This document shows positions 1-8,562 of a stretch of DNA of 36,860 bases, piece after piece. The notes beneath the pieces are model-generated. The model saw only the letters and a list, made by a program, of their open reading frames with translations, was not told where the DNA came from and did not search any database. Every line of letters starts with the position of its first letter. The stretch's first letter is position 1. This DNA is from a virus, in the UHGV virus genome UHGV-1448156, one strand, 5' to 3'. A program made the position numbers and the translations under genes.

Positions 1-697
1 CGGTGATATTTGATACTCTGGCAGACAGCAGAAATAACGGATTTAACCTAATGATGAATGACGGTAAGCAACAATCTACCTTTTTGTTTCACGATTACGC
101 GCAATACCCCTGAGAACCGCCATGAACAAGGGTTTCATGATTTGTGATTTTAGTTTGGTACGCAATTTGGTACACAACACTATTTTCACTTCAGCGGGTA
201 GTCATCAAACTCACCATAACGAGCATCGTTGATGATGTATGTGATCACCACAAATATCACATCTGGACTAGTTCCGTCTTCATGCGCAGGTATCTGTTCA
301 CGCCTCCCTTTCTGCAAATCCTAAAGATGAGATTTTGGGGTTTTGGGATATCTTTTTATCCTCAGTTCTCTATCCATCCTACAAAGCAGTAATGAACCAT
401 CACTATGTGATAGTGAGGCATCCGCTACATTAAGCGCAGAGAAATGATGCAGTGGTGGACGGACTGGCTTGATGAAAAGGTAGAGTGAGCGACCTTAAAC
501 TATCGAATAGCACAAAGTCTTGCAATCCAGTGCAAAGCTTTGTGCGCCTCAGTTTTGTCTAAGCGTTCTACTGAAAACATAGTAAAATCGGTAACGGCTG
601 GAAATCATTCAATACTCGCACTATCGAAAGTTCACCAGCCAGCCGCAGCACGTTCTTGCATACGACATGCCTGCGGCTTCCGACATCTTGCTAAACG

Positions 698-1111
698 TTA
701 ACTGACCGAATCTGGCTGAATAGGCAGTGACTGTGTCCAGTCACCAGCCCTGATATATGCACGTAATGATTTACGGTACTCAGTCCACTCTGTAAGTGCC
801 GACTTCACTTCGTTCTCAGTTGTGTCAGTGTAGTCAGCATCCTGTATCTGATCGTTCAACAAATCGATTTGATTTGTTGCGCGAGCATACTCAGAGTTTG
901 ATATTGCCATATTTTCAGCGGCTAATTCGGCAACTGATTTTTCAATAACTGGCGCCGTGAAATTAGTACCGTCATATGTCCAGTTTATTCCTGCGGCAAT
1001 GCCAGTAATATTAATGACGGTGTAATCCGGAAATAATTTTTTTGCATCGTTATCTGAATTACAAACAACCGTATTTACGACGACATTATTTTTAATTAAT
1101 GCGTAATTCAT
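698..1111 (-). CDS. Tail fibre assembly protein (Tfa-like)
   Basis: 137 aa; C-terminus (..WTEYRKSLRAYIRAGDW..) resembles Tfa C-termini; start overlaps stop of fibre gene (TAATG). Confidence 0.6.
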   Translation of the reverse strand: MNYALIKNNVVVNTVVCNSDNDAKKLFPDYTVINITGIAAGINWTYDGTNFTAPVIEKSVAELAAENMAISNSEYARATNQIDLLNDQIQDADYTDTTENEVKSALTEWTEYRKSLRAYIRAGDWTQSLPIQPDSVS

Positions 1112-2091
1112 TATGCAAACTCCTCAATCACGCAGATCCCAGGCGCTCCTGTTCCACCGGCTTTTAGCACTCCTGAAAAAGAGGTGTCATAAGCAGCACC
1201 TCCGCCAGCACCATATGCTTTGGCTGCAACACCATTAGCAGAACCAGCACGACCACCTCCCCCCCAGAACGAAGCCGCACCATTACCAAATGAGTAATAA
1301 CTTCCCTGCTGACCGTCACTACCATAGCCACCATGGATATTGATTAGCCCGCCAGTAGCTGTTCCAGATGCACCACCAGAACCAATTGACGGAGTGTTTA
1401 CGCCGGATCCACTACCACCGCGACCGGCTGACATTCCATTAAATGTTGATGTCCCACCTGGATTATCAGCTGTTCCACCTGCTCCGATAACGACAGAAAA
1501 ATCACTGATATCTTCAAGGTCAAAAATACCGATGCAGGTTGCGGCAGAGCCACCTCCACCTCCAAACGCCGTCTGAGAAAATGATGTGGCGATGACAGAA
1601 CTACCACCGCCACCTCCCCCGGTAAGAATTGCCTTAATTTTCCGGGTACCCGGTGTTGGGGTGTAAGTACCAGATGAGGTAATCACTTGAGTATTAAGCA
1701 AGCGGCCTACTACACCGGAACCATCCACCAAACTAAGGTTTTCGAGAGCCGTTTTCACCGTGCCATCCGATTTGATATCGCCAAACGGATTCTTGCGGCT
1801 CAGGTATTCAACAGCAAACCCCGATCCCAGCAATTCAACAAAACCGGGCAGATCACCATTATCAAGCACATCCCGTTGAGTTTTATCACTTACAAACTGG
1901 GCCAGAGCTGCAGCAATAAAGCTGGCCTGCCGAATAACCTTATTGACTTGCGCACTGGAGGCTTTCCCTGCTGTAAATCCGGATAAAAGCGCAGGCAACG
2001 CTTCCCATTCCTCCTGCGACATAACATTGGCATTTCGATCCGTTGCAAACGCTTTAAAGTCATTTTTCGCCATCAGAGTAATACTCCCCAT
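1111..2091 (-). CDS. Tail fibre protein, glycine-rich
   Basis: 326 aa with long GGGG/GSG tracts, directly after baseplate genes. Start may instead be ATG 2073 (ATGA overlap with upstream stop). Confidence 0.6.
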   Translation of the reverse strand: MGSITLMAKNDFKAFATDRNANVMSQEEWEALPALLSGFTAGKASSAQVNKVIRQASFIAAALAQFVSDKTQRDVLDNGDLPGFVELLGSGFAVEYLSRKNPFGDIKSDGTVKTALENLSLVDGSGVVGRLLNTQVITSSGTYTPTPGTRKIKAILTGGGGGGSSVIATSFSQTAFGGGGGSAATCIGIFDLEDISDFSVVIGAGGTADNPGGTSTFNGMSAGRGGSGSGVNTPSIGSGGASGTATGGLINIHGGYGSDGQQGSYYSFGNGAASFWGGGGRAGSANGVAAKAYGAGGGAAYDTSFSGVLKAGGTGAPGICVIEEFA

Positions 2092-2753
2092 GCTCCTACA
2101 TCAAAACCACTGATGAATTCGTTATCCATATCAAAACCAAAAAATTTTGAGCCTTCCGATGGGGCTTCCACCGAAGGTGTTTCAATGCCGCCCGCCCACA
2201 CACCGGCGGCTTTTACTGTGAGATATCCCTGTTTAATTGCAGCAATTAACTCACGCGATACATCTGAAATATCAGTATCAGGAAAGACCCAGACCGATAT
2301 CGTCATGTCCTGGTTATCGACTATCTGCATTCGCAGCCCGGATCCTGCTGTTGCCGCGTCAAGAATTACCGGAAGCGAATCATTCCGTCCGTCCCAGTTA
2401 TTAATCGCAATCTTCGCTTTAAGAATGACACGATAAGTTTCATCGCTGAGGTACATGTATCCGGAATCAGGATCGTATGGCCCCTGCCATACACCCTGAT
2501 CATATCCAAGCCCGTCGGTATCCCAGCTGAAATAGACACCTGAGATAGGCTGGCTGACAACACGGCTGCGTCCGATCCACAATCCAAGAATGTCAAGTTG
2601 CACACCAACCGCAGAGTCAATATCAAATGCAGTAATCAGCCCTCTGGTGGCAGCCGCAACATCAATAAGCGGCCGGGTCATCAGATCAACATGTGCAAGA
2701 AATTTAGGTTTGGTGGCGTGGTAGTTCGTGATCAGTTCGGTGTATTTGCTCAT
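2073..2753 (-). CDS. Baseplate protein (P2 gpI / Mu gp48-like)
   Basis: 226 aa; position after the J-like gene; start overlaps J stop (ATGA). Confidence 0.5.
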   Translation of the reverse strand: MSKYTELITNYHATKPKFLAHVDLMTRPLIDVAAATRGLITAFDIDSAVGVQLDILGLWIGRSRVVSQPISGVYFSWDTDGLGYDQGVWQGPYDPDSGYMYLSDETYRVILKAKIAINNWDGRNDSLPVILDAATAGSGLRMQIVDNQDMTISVWVFPDTDISDVSRELIAAIKQGYLTVKAAGVWAGGIETPSVEAPSEGSKFFGFDMDNEFISGFDVGAWGVLL

Positions 2754-3949
2754 GACTCCACCGTTATAACGATATTTTCCGGTGTACAGGACGCAGATTC
2801 GTTGTATCTGATATCAATGTTTGATGACGACAAAGCCCCCTGGGATTTCCCAATCGTCAGTTCCTGAATATCGTAATAGCGTGCATTCCCGCCACTCACC
2901 ACGCCAAGATTCGCCGGTGAGTAAATGCGACTTAAAAGGACCGAATCACCAATCGTCAGACTATTGATATAGTCGGAAATAGCCTGCTGGATCTGCTTCC
3001 CTATCTGTGAGGTATAACCCGTAAAAACTTTTAATTTAATCCGGGCATAAACAGGCACATCACTGGAACGCGAGAATTTGATTACATGGGGATTGCCGTA
3101 TTTATCCGGAACCGTAACGGATGTTGTACCGTGAGTGGCTGTCCCCTGGCCTTTATTCCCTCTGATAGCCTGAGCAATATCCGTCACATCACCGCCATCC
3201 ACAATTACAGCAACAGAGTGTGGCGGTAACCCGTTACCGTCCTCCGAACCAGTATCGTTTTCATAGAGTTTGTGGCGGGTTACACCGGTAACATTAGAAA
3301 CAGCACCATCCAGTGCTTCAAATGGGGTTATTGATGGCAACGCAACACTTTGCGACTGACGGATACGTAACTCCGCATCAGTTTCTGCCGGAGTGCCCAC
3401 AGTGGCTGCAGCAGGATTGGTTACCGAAACCCAGCCACGGGTTGGCGTATTAATTTCAGTGATAGTTCCAGCCAGCGCCGCCACTGCGCCACTGACGGAA
3501 CATATTGCGGTCACCATCACTGTACCATCCACTCCGACCACCACTGAAGCAGGCAAACGCCATATCACATTATTACTGTCTTTCACGCTGCCATTAATGA
3601 TGGTTGTTCCGGCAGTTCCTGTAAGAAGCAAATCAACCGTAGAGTTCGTCGCGCCTTTACGTGAAATACCATTTATTTTCACGTTACTGGTCAGTGCAGC
3701 CCCATAGCCGGTTGCCGGTGAAAAACAGTTGTAGACAGTTATCGCCATATTATTGGCATCATGAATCGCCAGCGCCATCAGAGCCACCATCTGGCCGTCT
3801 TTGCTGTCCGGTTCGAGGTAGGCATCACTGCCATAAATCTGCTGAAAATAGCTAATCAGGGTGCTGAGTATCGTCTGATAATCAGGCGCACTGATCCCCT
3901 CCGCGGTTACCTTTGCAGATAAACCGAGAGAATCAAGGTTCAGAGCCAT
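2750..3949 (-). CDS. Baseplate protein (P2 gpJ / Mu gp47-like)
   Basis: 399 aa; position in V-W-J-I order; coupled overlaps on both sides. Confidence 0.6.
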   Translation of the reverse strand: MALNLDSLGLSAKVTAEGISAPDYQTILSTLISYFQQIYGSDAYLEPDSKDGQMVALMALAIHDANNMAITVYNCFSPATGYGAALTSNVKINGISRKGATNSTVDLLLTGTAGTTIINGSVKDSNNVIWRLPASVVVGVDGTVMVTAICSVSGAVAALAGTITEINTPTRGWVSVTNPAAATVGTPAETDAELRIRQSQSVALPSITPFEALDGAVSNVTGVTRHKLYENDTGSEDGNGLPPHSVAVIVDGGDVTDIAQAIRGNKGQGTATHGTTSVTVPDKYGNPHVIKFSRSSDVPVYARIKLKVFTGYTSQIGKQIQQAISDYINSLTIGDSVLLSRIYSPANLGVVSGGNARYYDIQELTIGKSQGALSSSNIDIRYNESASCTPENIVITVES

Positions 3950-4302
3950 TACGCCTCCGATGTAACAGTCGTTATTCCATAAAGAGTGTCGATTTCAGCG
4001 GAAAACATGACACGTCGGGTCGTGGTATCCACCGTCGTATTGAAAGAGAGGATTGATTTAACGCCCCGCGTTTCGAGGATGCGCTTACGGATCGCCAGGT
4101 TGTAGGTTTCCGGCTTCTGCTTACCGAGTACGGACTGGATCCACGGAGTCCCCTCGGTGGTATCGAGAAACCATTGCCCATACCACAATTCGAATCGCGT
4201 TTTTACCGCCTGCGCCACGGCCTCCGGTGAGTTAATCAGCCAGGTATCATCGCCGCTGCCAAAGGTGTAATCACCGTCGGCGTCTTCGCGTCTGTATCGC
4301 AT
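3949..4302 (-). CDS. Baseplate wedge protein (gpW / Mu gp46-like)
   Basis: 117 aa between V-like and J-like genes. Confidence 0.5.
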   Translation of the reverse strand: MRYRREDADGDYTFGSGDDTWLINSPEAVAQAVKTRFELWYGQWFLDTTEGTPWIQSVLGKQKPETYNLAIRKRILETRGVKSILSFNTTVDTTTRRVMFSAEIDTLYGITTVTSEA

Positions 4303-5054
4303 CAGTTCACCCCGTCTGTGTTGCTTCCGCCTCGCTGAACCCCGCTGTGCGTGTGCGTATCATCAATTGACTTGCCGTTAGCTTTAACGGTACCGATAAA
4401 CTCGACAGCGCCGGTGATTTTGGATGCAACTCCAGAAGCAACAGACCCCACCATTCCACCCAGCCAGGACAGTAGCCCGTGAATGGTTACTTTCGCCGAG
4501 AAGTCGGCCAGCGGGGTAACTACATCCAGACCGCCAGGCGCTACGATTTTAATTTTCTGCGTATCCGGATTAAGGTCGATGTACGTACTTCCATCAACAC
4601 TTCGAAGCTGCGCCGACGTGGTGCTGACATTCTTAATTTTGTTGGGCTGAGATATTTGACCCACTGAGCAGGTGGCGTCGGACAGGTCATGTATGCGGTC
4701 GTCGACAGGTTCCTGCACTCCACCGTTTTGCCAGAAGAAATCAATACAGCGGTCTTGAAACTTAAGTTCGCACTCATCGCCGGGGCTCACCGGCAACGTT
4801 AAAGTAACTCCCCCGGCCGTTGGGAATACCACGGGAACATCCACCAGCAGCGGGTAAGGTTTTGTCACCCGGTTACCATCGTTATCGATCTCAACGTAAC
4901 GGATAGCAGGCTGCACAACCGCCGTAACCGCGTCAGGATCGAATGACTGAATAATGCCAGGCAAAGCGACGCGGATCTGGTTCTTTGTTGTTTCCCGTTC
5001 AGATTTGAATGTTTCAGCAAGGTCGCCGCTGCGGGTCTGGTCAGATACTGCCAT
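4302..5054 (-). CDS. Baseplate spike/assembly protein (gpV / Mu gp45-like)
   Basis: 250 aa; ATG 5054 with SD TGGAG; first gene after the cassette terminator. Confidence 0.55.
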   Translation of the reverse strand: MAVSDQTRSGDLAETFKSERETTKNQIRVALPGIIQSFDPDAVTAVVQPAIRYVEIDNDGNRVTKPYPLLVDVPVVFPTAGGVTLTLPVSPGDECELKFQDRCIDFFWQNGGVQEPVDDRIHDLSDATCSVGQISQPNKIKNVSTTSAQLRSVDGSTYIDLNPDTQKIKIVAPGGLDVVTPLADFSAKVTIHGLLSWLGGMVGSVASGVASKITGAVEFIGTVKANGKSIDDTHTHSGVQRGGSNTDGVN

Positions 5055-5073
5055 TTAGTAGGCTCCAGAAAGC

Positions 5074-5099
5074 AAAAAACCCGCCGGGTGGCGGGTTTA
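5074..5099 (-). terminator. Rho-independent terminator closing the toxin cassette
   Basis: Minus-strand RNA AAACCCGCC-ACCC-GGCGGGUUUUUUG immediately after stop (5097-5099) of the 138-aa gene; A-run on the other side makes it potentially bidirectional. Confidence 0.6.
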
Positions 5100-5513
5100 T
5101 GAATCGTAGGTTTTCAATTTTTCGAGTTCATCAGGAGGAAGTTCTATGAAGGTTTCCTCTGCTAATTTTATCAGCCGGGGAAGCATCGAATCAGCTTGCT
5201 GATGAGCGTTTGGGCTGATGATTGCCAATATCTGATAGTGTTCATCGATATAAAGATGCTGAGCATATACCAAAAAATTATCACATGTCCGTTCACTCAG
5301 AGATGCTTCTGGAGGCCAGGGTTTATCGCCAGGTAGCTTTAAGTGAATTTTCCTGATGTTGGCAGCCATCGCATCATAGTTACGTTCAAAACCGCCTAAC
5401 GAACCAAAACACCAGAACTGGGAACCCTTTGAAATATAATCGGCAAGCATTTGAGCATACTTATGTGCTGCAGCTAAATGACGCAATTCTCCCGTGATAC
5501 TGACTTTTGCCAT
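5097..5513 (-). CDS. YafO-family-like toxin (putative ribosome-dependent mRNA interferase), 138 aa
   Basis: ATG 5513 lies 1 nt after the stop of the upstream gene (TGAcATG). Segments KIHL, PWPP, NFLVYAQ, ILAIISPNAH and LAEETF align with my recollection of E. coli YafO; not searched. Confidence 0.5.
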   Translation of the reverse strand: MAKVSITGELRHLAAAHKYAQMLADYISKGSQFWCFGSLGGFERNYDAMAANIRKIHLKLPGDKPWPPEASLSERTCDNFLVYAQHLYIDEHYQILAIISPNAHQQADSMLPRLIKLAEETFIELPPDELEKLKTYDS

Positions 5514-5514
5514 G

Positions 5515-6087
5515 TCACATCCATTTAGGGGCGTTGGCTCCCAGCATCTTATGCGATGTTGAGATCAGTTCAATAGCCTCTTCACGGGTAACATTATCTG
5601 ACAAGAGTTCAGCCTGGAAAGGCTGCGATTGCCTAACTTCAGCGGCCAACTGAGTTGCAGTGTTCTCGACGGCGGTCAACGCACGAACATATTTGCGTTT
5701 TAATGGGCGCAACATTTGCAGATGGCCTTGCCACATAGGGGACCTTTCCGCTTCAGAGAACATATCCACTAAATGTCCTTTAGCATTTCGGCATGCCTTG
5801 GCAAGACCTTCGAGATGGGATAAAAACCCTTCCGGAAGCTCATCAACAATGATTCTCCCATTTCGAAAAGCTTCGAGATGAGACATGCCTTCCTTCGCGG
5901 TATTTTCGATTTCTTGAGCGCGTGCAGCAATCGCGGTACAACGACGAAATGCCTCTTCAGCATCTAATCGTTGTGGCAGTTCACAAGCATTAGAGATCAG
6001 GGGTTTGAAAGCACCGTTAACAGCTTCCTGAACCTGATTCATTTGTTGTGTAATTGTTGCCAGCGCAAATGCGTAGCTAATCGCCAT
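5515..6087 (-). CDS. Unknown 190-aa protein in the antitoxin position
   Basis: ATG 6087 with SD GAGGG 9 nt upstream (track start 6093 is TTG). Predicted helical, no HTH recognised; unlike YafN/Phd. Confidence 0.5.
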   Translation of the reverse strand: MAISYAFALATITQQMNQVQEAVNGAFKPLISNACELPQRLDAEEAFRRCTAIAARAQEIENTAKEGMSHLEAFRNGRIIVDELPEGFLSHLEGLAKACRNAKGHLVDMFSEAERSPMWQGHLQMLRPLKRKYVRALTAVENTATQLAAEVRQSQPFQAELLSDNVTREEAIELISTSHKMLGANAPKWM

Positions 6088-6100
6088 ACCCAATCCCTCT

Positions 6101-6115
6101 GTCGTTTTAAACGAC
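6101..6115 (-). promoter_or_regulatory. Palindromic operator candidate GTCGTTTTAAACGAC
   Basis: 15-bp inverted repeat between the candidate promoter and the SD of the 190-aa gene. Confidence 0.3.
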
Positions 6116-6202
6116 TATACACCACTTATTCAAAGTTAGCTGAGCGCTAAAAGTTCGCAAAGTTTAGTGATCATGCAACCACCTAGCAAGCGATAAAAAA
6201 TC

Positions 6203-6230
6203 ATTATTTAGTGAATGTGAACAAACTCAA
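6203..6230 (-). promoter_or_regulatory. Candidate sigma70 promoter of the cassette
   Basis: Minus strand -35 TTGAGT, 16-bp spacer, -10 AATAAT in the 160-bp non-coding gap 6094-6255. Confidence 0.3.
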
Positions 6231-6255
6231 CACTATGCAGAAATGTAACTTTTGG

Positions 6256-6603
6256 TTAACCAGAAACCTTTTTGCATGGAAAGGAACCGATGATTTTCGG
6301 TGCATCCATGCTGTTCTGCAGAAGCTGGACGTTCAGGAAACGCGTTTCGGTACCCGGACGATGGATATACTCAAACCCATAGTTGTTGCCATCTTTAGCA
6401 GGCATCAGTCCCATTTTGATCTGCATGCCTGTACCGTCTTTGCCCAGCATCTTAACTTTTTGGGATGTTACGGTTTCGCCATTGATTTTAAACAATGAGT
6501 CAGGGATTGCGTCCATACGAAAGTTACCACATTGCATCGTTATGGTGTTTGCACTTGCGCCAACAGACGCTAACGCCAGCAATGAAAAAATCCATCGTTT
6601 CAT
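6256..6603 (-). CDS. Secreted protein of unknown function (115 aa, signal peptide)
   Basis: ATG 6603 with SD GAGGGGG, 3 nt after the hub gene stop. N-terminus MKRWIFSLLALASVGASA then mature part with two Cys. Track ORF start 6684 lies inside the hub gene. Confidence 0.5.
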   Translation of the reverse strand: MKRWIFSLLALASVGASANTITMQCGNFRMDAIPDSLFKINGETVTSQKVKMLGKDGTGMQIKMGLMPAKDGNNYGFEYIHRPGTETRFLNVQLLQNSMDAPKIIGSFPCKKVSG

Positions 6604-6605
6604 TT

Positions 6606-7670
6606 CTATAACCCCCTCTGCAATGCTGTACTCGATGGCATATCCTGCGCGCCACGCGCTTCGCACATCATATCCATGTACCACGCCTGGCCCCTTGTGT
6701 CGCCAGTGTACATAATCCCGCGCACAATATAAACGCCATCTGTTGCGATGCTGGCAGGCTGCGCCGTGGTGCCGCTGAGCGTGATATTTCCGTCCGTGTT
6801 CTGGTCGGTGATCTTCCCACCAGCCATCGCGATATCATTGTTCGACAGCGCGGTGCGGTACACGGAAGCCTGATCCAGCTGAATAAGCCCGTTAACCCGG
6901 ATGTTCGGATTAATGAGCGCACGGACGTTTACGCCGTTACCGATGGTCTGCTGCGGCATGCCAATAAGCCCGGTAGCACTGTTGAGCACAATCGCTTCGT
7001 GAACATATTCGTTATTCGCCACCATCTGGCGCTGACCGTCCACGAATTGCCATGTTGCGCCACATTGCCCGGCTACGTTATCCATTAGATGCCGCGTCAT
7101 GCCAAAGAGCACCCGCCCCCGGGGGAATACAGTAGCAGGCATTTCAGGCGTCAGGCCTTCGGTCGCGCCTTTGGCTTCGAAGTCTTTCATCAGCGCACGG
7201 TTCACATCAGCGACCGTGTAACCGGCAGCCAGCGTCTGTGAGGTTATACTGGTGGCAAATGCCAGATCCGTATCTGCTGCCTGAATCAGGACATAGGAAT
7301 CAATAGGGCTGTCTTTTCCTGTGACCGAGTAGCGAATTTCTCCGCTGAAAATCAGCCCGTAGTTGCGGCCATCACTCTGGCCCACATCTGCCGCGTCGAC
7401 TTCGCGCACGGTCCCGACGTCGCTTGCCGCCACCTCAGGCGCGATACCGTCGTAACCGGCAATCAGCCGCACTTTCGAAAACTCCTGCCCGGTAATTCGG
7501 TTCACAGTATCTGCCGAAAGGTTATAAATTTTGATAGTCCCTACCCGGGACGCGCTGCTGATGTTGAACCAGTCGATCGTAAAGGTGATTTTGAAATCAC
7601 TTAGCTCAATTCCCTGACCATTCCCGTCCACAAGCTGCAGCTCGAAATGTCTCATCCAGTTCTGTGACAT
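6606..7670 (-). CDS. Baseplate hub / tail protein (P2 gpD / Mu gp44-like)
   Basis: 354 aa; position between tape-measure-proximal tail genes and baseplate; SD GGAG before ATG 7670. Confidence 0.65.
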   Translation of the reverse strand: MSQNWMRHFELQLVDGNGQGIELSDFKITFTIDWFNISSASRVGTIKIYNLSADTVNRITGQEFSKVRLIAGYDGIAPEVAASDVGTVREVDAADVGQSDGRNYGLIFSGEIRYSVTGKDSPIDSYVLIQAADTDLAFATSITSQTLAAGYTVADVNRALMKDFEAKGATEGLTPEMPATVFPRGRVLFGMTRHLMDNVAGQCGATWQFVDGQRQMVANNEYVHEAIVLNSATGLIGMPQQTIGNGVNVRALINPNIRVNGLIQLDQASVYRTALSNNDIAMAGGKITDQNTDGNITLSGTTAQPASIATDGVYIVRGIMYTGDTRGQAWYMDMMCEARGAQDMPSSTALQRGL

Positions 7671-7672
7671 GC

Positions 7673-7975
7673 TTACTCCGTTGATACCAGTAAATGACTG
7701 CGGCCGCCCAGATCAGTTTTCGTGGGATAATCCTGTGTGTTGTCATCGCAGACCACCACCAGCTTAAAACCAAGTCCCATACAGGCGTACTGCGCCAGCA
7801 GATCAGCGCCAGTGACGAGAGGAATACCGGAGATTACCGGCTCCCCTCTGTCGTTCTGCAGGTCCATAATCCAGTAAAGATCGCGCCATATGATGCTAAT
7901 CTGCCAAGTGACACCACCCAGGACGATGCTGAACTGCTGGTTGTCCGCTGTCAGCGGAATTTCCTGAATTATCAT
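7673..7975 (-). CDS. Tail protein (100 aa)
   Basis: Tightly packed between neighbouring tail genes. Confidence 0.45.
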   Translation of the reverse strand: MIIQEIPLTADNQQFSIVLGGVTWQISIIWRDLYWIMDLQNDRGEPVISGIPLVTGADLLAQYACMGLGFKLVVVCDDNTQDYPTKTDLGGRSHLLVSTE

Positions 7976-8562
7976 TAGCCGCCTCCCAGTAATGACGCCA
8001 CGTTACCAGTGATGCTTTTCAGCAGTGAAGTATCTGGAGGCTTTGTGGTTTTGTTGCCGCTGTTCTGTACCGCCGACGTGCTGGCCCCTTCCTTCATGTT
8101 GGTTTTATCCGCGACGGTAATCTGCTGTGTCCGGGAGATAATGACCTCCCTCAGGGTGAGGACGGCGGACAGGACGTTTTCGGTTGTCTTGTCCGTCGTC
8201 ACTTCCAGCGCCCGGATCAACATGTTGCTGTACAGCCGTTTACCGGTTACCACATCGAAGGGGATACGGATTTCCTGCAGATCCAGTAGCTCCTGATACG
8301 TCTGCTGAGGACTCAGGCCGAGCATGCTGGTAGCCGTCAGATTACTGGCAAAATCCAGCAATGCACCGCCACCGGCGAAACCAACCTCCATCACCACTTC
8401 TGACGGTTTTTTATAGGCATGATCAGCGACAGCGGCCCCGACCTCTACCGGATGCTCTGTTATTTCAAGCATATCTGTATGCTTCTCTGAAATAACAACA
8501 CTGGGAACAATCATTCCTATTTTTCTGCTCTGCTGATGAAAAAGTGTAGAGAGAATATCCAC
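7975..8562 (-). CDS. Tail protein (195 aa, GTG start)
   Basis: Follows the tape measure; start codon GTG overlapping the tape measure stop. Confidence 0.45.
   Translation of the reverse strand: MDILSTLFHQQSRKIGMIVPSVVISEKHTDMLEITEHPVEVGAAVADHAYKKPSEVVMEVGFAGGGALLDFASNLTATSMLGLSPQQTYQELLDLQEIRIPFDVVTGKRLYSNMLIRALEVTTDKTTENVLSAVLTLREVIISRTQQITVADKTNMKEGASTSAVQNSGNKTTKPPDTSLLKSITGNVASLLGGG

Noticed and set aside
3-110. Plus-strand frame open from the window edge (..FDTLADSRNNGFNLMMNDGKQQSTFLFHDYAQYP*), possible 3' end of a flanking gene
   Set aside because: Only 36 codons visible and no recognisable motif; mentioned under the left-flank finding but not called as a feature.
144-392. Track ORF (+, 82 aa) in the left flank
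   Set aside because: No SD, odd W/F/Y-rich translation in AT-rich DNA, and no neighbouring gene context; treated as non-coding.
1340-1986. Track ORFs on both strands inside the glycine-rich tail fibre gene
   Set aside because: Embedded or antisense frames generated by the GC-rich Gly-codon repeats; the 326-aa minus frame is the coherent gene.
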